A stretch of DNA of 64,000 nt from an uncultured Poribacteria bacterium (GCA_951813565.1 OX638351.1:1664001-1728000), one strand, 5' to 3'; numbered from the stretch's first letter, positions 50,318-61,287 are shown. The notes: generated by a model from the sequence alone, not told the origin. Numbers and translations are program-made.

Positions 50318-53215
50318 TTAATCTAAAAAGATAAATTCGTTTAAATTCAATGCTAACAATGCAAATCTGTCAAGTGCGATGTCTGTAGTTACACCATTCT
50401 GTTGCTGGAGTTCAGAGATGAAATTTAATGCATGTTGTATCTCTGTTTGTTCGGGTTCACGACATAATACAAGACGTAATCCATATTTCACACGATCCTC
50501 TATCGTAATTCCACCTTCCCAACGCATTCTATTTGCAAATATGTGTGCTTGTTCATTAATGAACTTTCCGTTAAGCATCGTCAGTGATTGCGTTGGTACA
50601 GTTGTTGTAAACCGAACAGGACAGGTAGAATCTGTATTTGCTTGGTCATATAGGTTCAATATTGGTACAAGTAACGAACGTTTTACCTTTACATAAACAC
50701 TTCTCCGATTTGTCTCATCTGGTGGAGATTGCCCCCAAACACTCCCTGGTCTTGAGGCAGTTGCCAACACTTCTTCAGGTAGTTCTGGATATATACTTGG
50801 TCCTGCCATTTTCAAGTTCAGTTTACCAGTTATCCATAACACTGTATCCCGAATCTCCTCGGCAGTTAACCGTCGCATGTTGAATCTCCAAAATAGGTCA
50901 TTATTCGCATCCTTATGTATGTAAGTCGGATTGCTCTGTGTAGACATCTGATATGTGTTTGATGTCATAATCAACTTATGCATCGCTTTTATTTTCCATC
51001 CAGAAGTGATGAATTCGGACGCAAGCCAGTCAAGAAGTTCAGGATGTGTAGGAGGTGAACCCAATTGCCCAAAATCGTTGGATGTACGGACGATACCACG
51101 TCCGAAGTGATATTGCCAAATGCGGTTGACCATCACGCGCGCGGTAAGTGGGTTGTCATCCTTTGCAACCCATTCTGCAAAGACACGTCGTTTACCAGAT
51201 GTCTTTGACTCTTTTGGCATCACTGGTGTCTCTACCACAGGTGGATTTAGCACAGAAGGAAATGCTGGGTTAACCTCCCGACCAACAAGAGTTGGATTAC
51301 CTCTCCGCAAAATGTGTGTCGGTGTCTGCGAGTCTTCTGTTACTACCAAGGCTTGATGTTCATAGGGTATACGTTGGCGATGACGTTGATCACGCTGTTG
51401 TTTTATCACATTATATTTATCCACTAATGATTTTAGTTCTTCATTAGATTCAATATAGTCTTTGTGTGTATTCAGCAATTTTCCGAAATTGATATTTGCT
51501 GTGGTAGAAAGAAATTGTCTTTCAATATTTGGAGCAGACCACGAAATTTCCAGACTCGGTTTATCCAAATCCTTATTAAAATATTCTAGACGAATCGGTA
51601 TATCACCTGTCTCAAGTGCAAGTTGTGTTTCACTATCACCGCTTAATTCGCTTACTAACTGACCGTTGAGTATCAGTCTAAATTCTCCATTCAAATTAAG
51701 ATGAAAGGTATAAGTTGCATCTTCAGCTACTTGTAATGTGCCCACAAAGACCAAACCTATGTTTTTCTTTGGATTTGCAGGTGCAAGGGAGAATAGGTTG
51801 CTAAATAATCTACCTTCGGCAGTCAATTCAAGAGAATCAAAATCACTTGGAATCTGTTCAAAAATACCACGATAGAAACGATAGGTCAAGTTTTGTATAG
51901 GAGATTCGGTGATGTTAGGTGCAATCGGTTCAGAATGAATTTTAGCAAGCTCTATTTTTATGTTTTCCTGTATATGAAAGAGTTGATCGTGATATTCTTC
52001 TTCTGCTTGTCGTTTTTCAGTAAGCAACCTGTTACGTTCTGCCTGTTGTTCGGGTGAACCAATATCTGCAAGTGGTCCACCGTTGTGGGGTCTAATGTCG
52101 TGGAAAAATGCGAGAAAACTATAATAATCCTGCATTGAAATAGGATCAATTTTATGGTCGTGGCAACGTGCACATCCTATTGTCATCCCCAGCATAACCT
52201 GTCCAGTAGTAGACACAATATCATCAAGATAGTTATACCGTGCAAGTTTGCGATCAGCAGGACCCGTATCCCACACTCCAAGTTTATGATAACCTGTAGC
52301 GATAACGGTTTCTGACGTTGCAGTATCAAGTTCATCACCAGCTAATTGCTCTTTTAAAAATTGGTCGTAAGGTTTATCTTGATTGAAGGAATTTATAACA
52401 TAGTCTCTATATCGCCATATATATGGTTTATCAGAATCGCTTTCATATCCGTTTGTCTCAGCATATCGAACAAGGTCAAGCCAATGTCGTCCCCATTTTT
52501 CACCATATCGTGGAGACTTAAGGAGTTTGTCAATGAGTTTCTCATAAGCATCAGGTGCAGTGTTGTTAAGAAATGCGTCTACTGCTTCTGGTGAAGGTGG
52601 TAGACCTGTAAGATCGTAGTATACACGACGAATAAGAGAAAGTTTGGTTGCAGGTGCGGCAGGGGTTAGTCCATTTGCTTCCAACTTTGCAAGAATAAAT
52701 GAATCAATCGGATTCAGTACCCAATTTGCCTTATGTACTGATGGTATAGATGGTTGTGTTAATGGAAGATATGCCCAATAATTGGATGCTGAGTCAATAT
52801 TCGGATGAGTATCGTTTTCAAGTGTGGGGTAGGGTAGTCCTATGTTGATCCACTTTGCTAAAATTTCAAGTGATGCGTCATCTAACTTGCCATCCGGTGG
52901 CATTTGTGCTGTTTCTTGGTTGTAACCAACCATTTCAAGTAATAAACTTTGATTTGGATTATCTAATGAGACTGTAGCACCGTAATGTCCACCTTCAAGG
53001 ATTTTTTCCCGATTCGTCAAGTCGAGTCCACCCTCTACTTCAGTCCTGCCACCGTGGCATTGGAGGCAGTTTTCTTCAAGAATAGGCTTCACTTGAGTGT
53101 TAAAGAATTCAGTTTTTTCTTTATCGCTCAGATTATTCGCATGACTGGTGCTAAGAAAAATCAACGCACATAAGAAAACAATGATACGAAAACAGAAATA
53201 ATAGGAATGTTGCAT
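50318..53215 (-). CDS. Planctomycete-type cytochrome c plus DUF1549/DUF1553 protein
   Basis: CLQCH and CARCH; NPIDSF, DLTGLPP, WLDLVRYAET, PTHPELLDWLA; central PA14-like insert. Confidence 0.88.
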   Translation of the reverse strand: MQHSYYFCFRIIVFLCALIFLSTSHANNLSDKEKTEFFNTQVKPILEENCLQCHGGRTEVEGGLDLTNREKILEGGHYGATVSLDNPNQSLLLEMVGYNQETAQMPPDGKLDDASLEILAKWINIGLPYPTLENDTHPNIDSASNYWAYLPLTQPSIPSVHKANWVLNPIDSFILAKLEANGLTPAAPATKLSLIRRVYYDLTGLPPSPEAVDAFLNNTAPDAYEKLIDKLLKSPRYGEKWGRHWLDLVRYAETNGYESDSDKPYIWRYRDYVINSFNQDKPYDQFLKEQLAGDELDTATSETVIATGYHKLGVWDTGPADRKLARYNYLDDIVSTTGQVMLGMTIGCARCHDHKIDPISMQDYYSFLAFFHDIRPHNGGPLADIGSPEQQAERNRLLTEKRQAEEEYHDQLFHIQENIKIELAKIHSEPIAPNITESPIQNLTYRFYRGIFEQIPSDFDSLELTAEGRLFSNLFSLAPANPKKNIGLVFVGTLQVAEDATYTFHLNLNGEFRLILNGQLVSELSGDSETQLALETGDIPIRLEYFNKDLDKPSLEISWSAPNIERQFLSTTANINFGKLLNTHKDYIESNEELKSLVDKYNVIKQQRDQRHRQRIPYEHQALVVTEDSQTPTHILRRGNPTLVGREVNPAFPSVLNPPVVETPVMPKESKTSGKRRVFAEWVAKDDNPLTARVMVNRIWQYHFGRGIVRTSNDFGQLGSPPTHPELLDWLASEFITSGWKIKAMHKLIMTSNTYQMSTQSNPTYIHKDANNDLFWRFNMRRLTAEEIRDTVLWITGKLNLKMAGPSIYPELPEEVLATASRPGSVWGQSPPDETNRRSVYVKVKRSLLVPILNLYDQANTDSTCPVRFTTTVPTQSLTMLNGKFINEQAHIFANRMRWEGGITIEDRVKYGLRLVLCREPEQTEIQHALNFISELQQQNGVTTDIALDRFALLALNLNEFIFLD

Positions 53216-53409
53216 AACTTCTCCTATCACATTGTGTAATTGACATCAAACACCAATGCTTGAGGATATCTTGAGTTTGACAATATCTGCTGAACGGCAA
53301 GATTTCATGATCAACTTCACTATAATAACATATTTGAGGAAAAGAAATCTATGAAAATCAGCTAAATTCTGATTTTCATTCAATCTTGCCGAGTATGCCC
53401 ATTTTTACT

Positions 53410-54963
53410 TTACAACGAATCTTCTGTTTCCTGCGTTTCAGTTGGCACGACAGAAATCCGCGCAAGAAATGCGTTAGTGCTCCCCTTCTCACAGAACCAA
53501 TTACCCGTTGCGCCTAACCTAAACCGTTGTCCACAAACAAACTGGTGACGAATTTGTCCTGTGTCACCAGGCGGAATATCCCATGCTGAAGCAAGTGCGT
53601 CATCTGGATACCCCTCTGTGGGCAGTTCAACGTTAGCATCAAACAGATCGAACGAACCAGTCGCTTCACCCTCACCAACCTGTATATCAATAATAAGCGT
53701 TCCTCCTTGTTCATAAGAAGTAGCGTCAATTTCAGTAGGCGTATAATCCTGATAGCCTTCTCCCGGTCCGCGGAAGACATTCAAAACCTCCATCAATTCT
53801 TCCCTCTTTTCGTTGCTATCGGTGCGGTCTCCACCCGTTACTTGGGAGGTACTATCAATTTTCCCTTTCGCAACGTCCGCTAACAGTGATAAATACCTTT
53901 GTGCTGGATTTCGGCTTGGGAGTTTGTTTTCTGGCTGGTGCATAATTACCTCGGCATCAGGATTCAGCACCTGAATATCAACTGCACCTACGTAATTATC
54001 TTTGAGCGTTTTAGCGAAAATGCCGACCCCTTCACCCTCTGAATCTGCAATCAGTTCTGACAAATCGCGAAAGAGGACGCAGGTATTGACAAAATTCTCG
54101 TTGAGCACTTTGATGAGTTCCGAATTCGAGAGTGGACCCACCCTCAAGTTTTTACCATTCGCTCAGCAGGATTCATCGTCCAATGGGCCCCAGCTAATGA
54201 CTGCATGCATCGGACGTTGTGTTGCCTCCACTTTTTCAACTGCCTCTTCAAGCGGTAGCCAGTCAATTTCAGCAAACTTGTAGAACTTCAATTCTAATCT
54301 TTTGCGTGCCTCTTCGGATGTGACTGAACTTTCCCAATCAATTTCGTCTCGTGCTTTAGTTGAGGTGGCATGGAGTTTCATACGCGGCACGAAAACCATG
54401 TCAGCATACCCAAAGTCGTTAATATCCACATTGATATTGCGCGGTGGTAAAGCGAGCGAAAAGTCACAAACGACACCTATTTTCAGATTGATAAGCAATC
54501 GTCCTGAAAATTGCGATGGAATAAATCGAGCGACATCTATCAGATCGTCATCGTTGCGGCGTTTCGATTCCGGTTTGGGACGTGTTGCCAAAGTAAACTC
54601 TGCATGAATTCGGAACGTGATGTCGGCATAGTCCGGCGAAAGTGCGCGTAAGCAGGCGAAAGCCCCTTTCTCTCCATGGCGTAATTCTCCTGTAGCACCC
54701 AGGTGAAACTGTGAAAGGAACGGAATAACTTTGTCCAGATCCAATTCCCAAACATCACCTACCGCCACATTTGACGTTGGAAAAAAGGCGTTGAAAGCCT
54801 CTACTTTATACTCTCTGGTGGGTTCGTTTGGTGATAGATCAAAGAGTTCTATGTTTTCTGGTGAGTCTTTGTGTAGATCGTAAGTCGCATTGGTAATCGG
54901 GTCCCAGTGCGCATGGACTTGTAAGGTTGCTGTATTTTTCAAGACATTGTTAAGGTCTACCAT
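53410..54963 (-). CDS. Selenoprotein N (SELENON)-like selenoprotein, ~517 aa, UGA at 54163-54165 read as Sec
   Basis: Two ORFs in the same frame joined by a single TGA; GAFACL, FRIHAEF, PSQFSG, NVD, WGPLDDESC-U, LNENFVNT match SelN motifs as recalled; SECIS-like hairpin follows. Confidence 0.85.
54126..54147 (-). promoter_or_regulatory. Bacterial SECIS-like hairpin
   Basis: UUGAGGGUG-GGUC-CACUCUCGA; apical loop starts after 24 nt 3' of the UGA. Confidence 0.7.
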
Positions 54964-55065
54964 CGATTTTTCCTTTTACATGATTCATTTTATAGTTTCA
55001 TATATTATAAATTATACAGGCTACGGACAAATTTTGCCAAACTTATCGTATCATGAAATTTCTTG

Positions 55066-57105
55066 CTACAGGTAAGGTGTCACATCCCAAAGCATGATAG
55101 TGCCATCAAAACTACCACTTGCCAAAAGTGTGCCATCTGGTGAAAATGCAAGCGACTGAATATCTGTCGGATGTCCCCAAAGAGTAGTGATATTTTCTCC
55201 ACTTGCAACATCCCATAAGCTAATTGCCATTTTTTCCATTCCCGTTTGCCACCAGGTCCCCGAGGCAAGATAACGTCCACACGGTGAAAATGCCAAAGCA
55301 TAGGGTTTTTCTGTTTGAGTCTGTGGTATTGCAAAAAGCGTCGTCAAACTTTCAGCACACCACAAACGCAATTCGCCAAACATTCCGCCTGCAATTAAGT
55401 TACCATCTGGAGAAAATCTTATATTCATAAGTGTCTTAGGTTCACTTAATGGAAATATCGCAATTTCTTCACCAGACGCGACATCCCATAGTCTATTGGT
55501 ATTATCACTTGAACCACTCGCAAGTCGTTTGCCGTCTGGAGAGAAGCAAACTGACCAGATGAACTCTGTATGTCCGATAAATGGCTTTAACTTTTCCTTA
55601 TTTTTGAAATCCCAATGATATATTGTGCCCTCTCTGCTACTAACTGCAATTCTGTCACCTGTCGGTGCGACTGCTATTTTCCAAGTTAATTGTGCTTTTT
55701 CAGTAAATTCAGCAATCGGTTCGTCAGGTTTTTCAGCGTCCCACACACAGCCATAGTCTTCATTGCCTCGGATATACGCAGCGATGATGTTTCCGCAAGG
55801 TAAAACAGTGAAAGAGGTAATCCGTTTGTCCCCAAGTAATGTTTCTCGCGCCTGCTTACTTTCAACATCCCATAATACAATTCCCCTACGATCACTTGTA
55901 CTCGCAAGCGTCTTTCCATCCGGTAAAAATAGAACCGGATCTGGAACATAGTCAAATCTGCGAAGCGATGAGATTCGGTGTATGTTATGCCCCCTCTCTG
56001 ACTCTTTGCTCAATGTAATGTCTTTAAGAACCAACTGCGGAAACTCTCTAAACCACATAGCATCAATACTATTCGGATGAATTTCTGGAATGGGTAGTTT
56101 TTCCCTGCGTTCCACATTCCATACCTCAATAGTATTTTCTCCATCCACGATAACAAATAGCTCACCTTCTGTCGAGTAGAATGGTACTGCCCGAGTCGTT
56201 TGAAAATCAGTGTACACCTTCTTTTCCACACCCTTTGTCATGTCCCATACGAACAGGATTTCATCTCTACTACTAAATGCAAGAAACTCGCCACAAGGTG
56301 AAAAGGTAATAGTGTCAATCCAATCACTTTTCACTCTAAAGTGGGAGATGCGTTCACCTGTTATTATATTCCATACTGAGACGTAGTGGTTAATTGGATC
56401 GGCATCATCACGGGATTCGTCAGAAGTTAATCCAGCAAGTAGACAACTATTTTGAGAGAAACAATAATATCTGCCTGCGAACTTGAAAGTTAGATCATCT
56501 GTATCAGGACACCAGACGTAAGTTTGCGTGCCTTCTGTGCCAAGATTATCTGCAGTTGCAGCAACGTACTGCCCATTTGGTGAAAATTCCAGTTCGGTAA
56601 TATCAGCAGATATTACTTCACGTTCACCACGATCCATCTGTGCAACACAAACACCTTGATTCACATCTAATACCTCAACGATGCCTCTCCAATTCGCAGT
56701 AGCAACCCACTTACTATCTGGGGAAAAGGTAATGCGCCAATAGATATTTTGTTCTTGCATCCGTTTGATCTGTGCAAGGCACTCACCACTCTGAGCATCT
56801 AACACTTTGATTATGCCATCCCAATTTGCGATAGCAAGGCATTCACCATTTGGTGAAAAATCGACAGCAGAAATCATCCCGCGTTCTGTTTCCCACAGAG
56901 CGATAGGTGACTTTGACGACATCTCATACCACCAAAGTCCAATAAGTGTTCCGACAGCGAAATACTTTCTGTTAGGGGAAAGTGCCACTCTAAAATCCCT
57001 TCCTTTTCCCAAACGAGCAATTGCGCCATCAGGTAACGCCCATGTAGTTCCTTCAGTGTCACCCTGCACAACGTTGAATGGTGCGGGTCTTCTATTTTGT
57101 CTCAT
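55066..57105 (-). CDS. WD40-repeat protein
   Basis: TWALPDGAIARLG N-terminus, FSPDG/GH..WD repeats; AAGGAG RBS before ATG 57105. Confidence 0.9.
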   Translation of the reverse strand: MRQNRRPAPFNVVQGDTEGTTWALPDGAIARLGKGRDFRVALSPNRKYFAVGTLIGLWWYEMSSKSPIALWETERGMISAVDFSPNGECLAIANWDGIIKVLDAQSGECLAQIKRMQEQNIYWRITFSPDSKWVATANWRGIVEVLDVNQGVCVAQMDRGEREVISADITELEFSPNGQYVAATADNLGTEGTQTYVWCPDTDDLTFKFAGRYYCFSQNSCLLAGLTSDESRDDADPINHYVSVWNIITGERISHFRVKSDWIDTITFSPCGEFLAFSSRDEILFVWDMTKGVEKKVYTDFQTTRAVPFYSTEGELFVIVDGENTIEVWNVERREKLPIPEIHPNSIDAMWFREFPQLVLKDITLSKESERGHNIHRISSLRRFDYVPDPVLFLPDGKTLASTSDRRGIVLWDVESKQARETLLGDKRITSFTVLPCGNIIAAYIRGNEDYGCVWDAEKPDEPIAEFTEKAQLTWKIAVAPTGDRIAVSSREGTIYHWDFKNKEKLKPFIGHTEFIWSVCFSPDGKRLASGSSDNTNRLWDVASGEEIAIFPLSEPKTLMNIRFSPDGNLIAGGMFGELRLWCAESLTTLFAIPQTQTEKPYALAFSPCGRYLASGTWWQTGMEKMAISLWDVASGENITTLWGHPTDIQSLAFSPDGTLLASGSFDGTIMLWDVTPYL

Positions 57106-57143
57106 ATTAACTCCTTGATTTTTTGTTGATCCCAAACTTGGGT

Positions 57144-59153
57144 TTAAACATCTATATAGGGTTTGATATCCCAAAGCATGATGGCACCATCATAACCGCC
57201 ACTCGCTAAAATCTCGCTATCCGGAGAAAAAGCGAGACATTGAACATCACTGCTGTGTCCTCGGAAGGCTGCGATATTTTTACCACTCGAAACATCCCAT
57301 AACAGCACGGGACACTTTTTCATACCGAAGTCGCGTATCCACCACGCACCAGAAGCCAAATAGCCACCACATGGTGAAAATGCTAACGCAAAAGGATAAA
57401 AACTCTCTTGTGGTAGCGGTAGTGTCAAAATGATCTCACAATGAACGGTGTCCCATAACAGAAGTTCTCGAATTCTTCCACAGGCTATCAGACGACTGCA
57501 ATCAGAAAAGGCAATTGCACGAAATTTATTTGGAAACGCTTCAATAGACTCACCACTTTCAACATCCCACATTCGGGATTTAGGTCCAGTGCTGCTAATG
57601 CTTACCAGCAGTTTTTCATTTGGGCTAAAAGCAAGTGAATACGTCCCTTCATCATGTGCTTCGCACGCATGCTGTATGTGCTGTTTCTGCACATCCCACA
57701 CATACAGCATGCCATCACTATCCCCACATGCCAGTTTGTTGCTTTTGTGTGCGAATGCTGCCTTTGATACTTGCCGCTCTTGTTCGACAAGCGGTCTTTT
57801 TTCGTTGGGAAGTGTGAAAGTGGCAACTGGTGTATCAGTGTTTCCAATGTCCCATACCCTTGCAATTTTGCCATCGCGCCCTGTTGCGTAGATTTTTCCT
57901 TGTGACGACACAGAGACAATATATTCTCTTCCAGGCAGATTGAAACTGGATGGCAGTGAGGAGGGTTGGGTAATATCCCACAACATTACCTTCTCGTTTT
58001 CGCTCCAATACCCGCCTGCAAGCGTTTTTCCATCTGGCGCAAAAACCAGCGAAAAAGGAACACCTGTATGTAAATGCGGAAACGAACGTGGTTCAAAATC
58101 ACTTACCGTCCATTTCCGAAATTCACGGGGGTTCTTGGAAGCTAAAACATAAGAGGTGCCCTTTGGAACGTGGGCATCATGGAGATAAATGTGCTCTTCA
58201 AGGAAGCGTTCACACTTTTCACCGCACGCTACGTCCCACAAGATGAAAGCATCAGAAACTTCCAAAGCGTGCAGCACACCCTCTGGAGAGTAGAAAACTT
58301 TCTTCCGTTCCGTGCCAAGATTTTGAAATGTATGGAGCAACTCCCAATTTATGACTGACCAAACCCGGATTGCCCCATCTCGTCCTCCAGATGCAAGGAA
58401 CTTTCCACAGGGTGAAAAGACAACACTATAAACAAAATCAGGATGTTCTGTAAGACAAGTGAGTTGCTCACCTGTTTTTATATTCCATATAGCGATATAG
58501 TTGGAAGTGTGTTCGGTTTTAGGGATTCTAGGGATTCTCCAACCGAGATCTGCATGTGTGAATAAGCGTTCATCAGGCATTGTACAAGCGATTAAACTGC
58601 CATCCGGAGAGAAGGCAATAGGACGTCGTAGAATAGGAGCCCATATATAATTGGTATTGTCGTGAAATTTTGCAATCAGCTCCCATGTTTCAGTATTCCA
58701 GACGTATAAGATGTAGTCACGCTTATTGGAAATAGCGAGAAGCTGACTATCAGGCGAGAAGACGAGGTGGGAGACATAATCGTAAGATCTCTCCGCTTCA
58801 TTTCGTTCCATTTGTGAAATGCAAACACCTCTCTGCCAATCCCATACCTTGACGAGTCCGTCTCCATCGGCTGTAGCAAGCCACTTGCCGTTTGGTGAAA
58901 AGGAGACAGCATCAATATATCCCCTATCAGTGTCCCAGAGATCAATAGTAGCCATAGTGGATAAATCATACCACCAGATCCCTATAGTACTCCCGCATGC
59001 AAAGTGTTTTCCATCAGGAGAATATGATGTAGTGTTAGGCATTATTAGCCCTTGCCCTAATCGGGCGATTGCGTCTTCAGGAAGTTCCCAAGTCGTTATA
59101 TCGCTGTTTTCATACGGTGCTAAAGCAGGTGACCAATTTTTACTATTTTGCAT
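57144..59153 (-). CDS. WD40-repeat protein
   Basis: TWELPEDAIARLG, FSP repeats, LASGGYDG. Confidence 0.9.
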   Translation of the reverse strand: MQNSKNWSPALAPYENSDITTWELPEDAIARLGQGLIMPNTTSYSPDGKHFACGSTIGIWWYDLSTMATIDLWDTDRGYIDAVSFSPNGKWLATADGDGLVKVWDWQRGVCISQMERNEAERSYDYVSHLVFSPDSQLLAISNKRDYILYVWNTETWELIAKFHDNTNYIWAPILRRPIAFSPDGSLIACTMPDERLFTHADLGWRIPRIPKTEHTSNYIAIWNIKTGEQLTCLTEHPDFVYSVVFSPCGKFLASGGRDGAIRVWSVINWELLHTFQNLGTERKKVFYSPEGVLHALEVSDAFILWDVACGEKCERFLEEHIYLHDAHVPKGTSYVLASKNPREFRKWTVSDFEPRSFPHLHTGVPFSLVFAPDGKTLAGGYWSENEKVMLWDITQPSSLPSSFNLPGREYIVSVSSQGKIYATGRDGKIARVWDIGNTDTPVATFTLPNEKRPLVEQERQVSKAAFAHKSNKLACGDSDGMLYVWDVQKQHIQHACEAHDEGTYSLAFSPNEKLLVSISSTGPKSRMWDVESGESIEAFPNKFRAIAFSDCSRLIACGRIRELLLWDTVHCEIILTLPLPQESFYPFALAFSPCGGYLASGAWWIRDFGMKKCPVLLWDVSSGKNIAAFRGHSSDVQCLAFSPDSEILASGGYDGAIMLWDIKPYIDV

Positions 59154-59244
59154 AAACTTTTTCTCTTAATAATTGTTATATTTTAGATTCAAGTAATTTG
59201 AACTTGAGTGCCGCGTAACACTTGTAAGGCCAATTCAAACCGTT

Positions 59245-61287
59245 TTAAGAGTCTATGTAAGACTTCAAATCCCAAAGCATTATGACGCCATCGTAACCGC
59301 CACTCGCTAAAATATCGCTATCCGGAGAAAACGCGAGGTCCTGAACATCACTGCAGTGTCCTCGCAAGGTGACAATATTTTTACCTGTTGCTACCTCCCA
59401 CAATCTGATTGCAACTTTCTTTGTGTTCACGCCGCGTTGCCACAACGTGCCGGATGCTAAATACCTGTTACATGGCGAAAATGCTAAAGCAAATGGATCC
59501 CAACTATCTCGCGGCTGGGGGATAGTTAGGAATGTTTCACGACGCTCAATATCCCATAATAGAATTTCTCTCGCCCCACATGCAATCAAGCTGCTACAAG
59601 GTGAAAACGCAAACGCATAATTCCTTTCTGGAAACGCTTTGATCGGTTCACCGCTTTCAACGTCCCACAACCTGGAAACAGGGCCAGTTCTTACCATACT
59701 CACAATATACTTTTCATCTGGACTAAATGCTATAAATTTAATCCATTCCGAATGTGCTTTAAGTGTATGTCGTATATACTGTTGCTGTACATCCCATACA
59801 TACATTGTGCCATCACTATCCCCGCATGCCAACAAGTTGTTTGTCGGTGCGAACGCAACCGATGCAACCTGTCTCTCTTGATCCTCGGAATCGCTTTCTT
59901 GCTTTGGAAGTGTGAAAGAGGCAATCGGCATCTCATCGTTACCAATTTCCCATACCTTCGCTGTATTACCGTCAGGACCAAATGCATAAAGTTTTCCAAG
60001 AGACGATGCGGAGACAACAAGGTTTCCACCAGACGGATTAAAACGGGTTGGTGGATGTGTCAGATTGGTAATATTCCATAACATTACTTTCCGTCCCCAA
60101 CATCCACTTATGAGAGTCTTACTATCCGAAGCAAAGACGAGCGAATCCGGTATGCCTATGGACGAATAACTAAAACTACTTGGCTTAGAGTTACCAATTT
60201 CCCACATTTTTATCGATCTATTAAGGGCACTTTCAGTAGTAAAAATTAACTGATTTCCATTTGAAAAATGTGCGTTTCGGATACTTCCATGCGTTTCTTG
60301 GTGTGTGTAGTGCGTATCACCATTTTCTACGTCCCAAACAACGACAGTGTCATCTGATATTCCAGTAGCGCGCAGAATACCCTCTTTCGAATAGGATATT
60401 TGTATAAGGTTGACATCATAATCGCTGAATGTTTGGGTTAATTCCCAACTCGGTACGTTCCAAACATGAATTGTATTATCTTGTCCTGCAGCAGATAGGA
60501 ATTTACCACACGGTGAAAATTTTAGGCTACACACAAAATCGGTAGGTTCTGTTAGACATGCTAACCTTTCACCAGTTTCTATGTTCCATATTGCAATAAA
60601 ATCAGCGGAATGCTCAAGGGTGCGAATTCTACCTATCCTGTCAGCATAGTCAAACATTTTAGAGTCAGGCATCATACACGCCAGCAAACGACCATCCGCG
60701 GAAAAGGCAATAGGACGTGTAGATCCACGGAACCATTTAAAATCCGTTTCACCTTGAAATTTTGCGATCTGTTCACCTGTTTTTGCGTGCCAGACATATA
60801 CGATATAATCACGCCTGCTCGATACTGCGAGGTACTCACTGTCTGGTGAAAAGGCAAAGTGGGAAACCAAATTATATAGTCTTTCTGTATTATTTACGAT
60901 GCCCGACTCCGAAATGTTTGGTTGTGATGACAGGATAGGACGGTCCATTCTGGAAACGCAAGCACGCCGCTGCACATCCCAGACCCTAACAAGACCATCT
61001 CCATCACCAGTGGAGAGCCATCGACCATTTGGCGAAAATGAAATAGCTGAGATAAATCCTCTGTCTGTGTCCCAGAGCGCGATCGGTTCGAAGGTAGAAA
61101 CATCGTACCACCAGACACCTATGCAAGAAGCTACGACAAGGTACTTCCCATCAGGCGATGGCACGATATTTCCTATCATGCCTCCTTGTCCTAATCGGCA
61201 AATTGCGTCCTCAGGAAGTTCCCAAGTCGTTATATCACTGTTTTCAGCCTGCATTAAAGCAGGCGTCCATTTTTCATTTTCTTCCAT
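59245..61287 (-). CDS. WD40-repeat protein
   Basis: TWELPEDAICRLG; start MEENEKW set by RBS and paralog alignment. Confidence 0.9.
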   Translation of the reverse strand: MEENEKWTPALMQAENSDITTWELPEDAICRLGQGGMIGNIVPSPDGKYLVVASCIGVWWYDVSTFEPIALWDTDRGFISAISFSPNGRWLSTGDGDGLVRVWDVQRRACVSRMDRPILSSQPNISESGIVNNTERLYNLVSHFAFSPDSEYLAVSSRRDYIVYVWHAKTGEQIAKFQGETDFKWFRGSTRPIAFSADGRLLACMMPDSKMFDYADRIGRIRTLEHSADFIAIWNIETGERLACLTEPTDFVCSLKFSPCGKFLSAAGQDNTIHVWNVPSWELTQTFSDYDVNLIQISYSKEGILRATGISDDTVVVWDVENGDTHYTHQETHGSIRNAHFSNGNQLIFTTESALNRSIKMWEIGNSKPSSFSYSSIGIPDSLVFASDSKTLISGCWGRKVMLWNITNLTHPPTRFNPSGGNLVVSASSLGKLYAFGPDGNTAKVWEIGNDEMPIASFTLPKQESDSEDQERQVASVAFAPTNNLLACGDSDGTMYVWDVQQQYIRHTLKAHSEWIKFIAFSPDEKYIVSMVRTGPVSRLWDVESGEPIKAFPERNYAFAFSPCSSLIACGAREILLWDIERRETFLTIPQPRDSWDPFALAFSPCNRYLASGTLWQRGVNTKKVAIRLWEVATGKNIVTLRGHCSDVQDLAFSPDSDILASGGYDGVIMLWDLKSYIDS

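Noticed and set aside
54163..54165. Treating the TGA as a true stop or nonsense mutation (two genes or a pseudogene)
   Set aside because: It falls exactly at the SelN Sec position after Cys, similarity continues in frame, and a SECIS-like hairpin follows.
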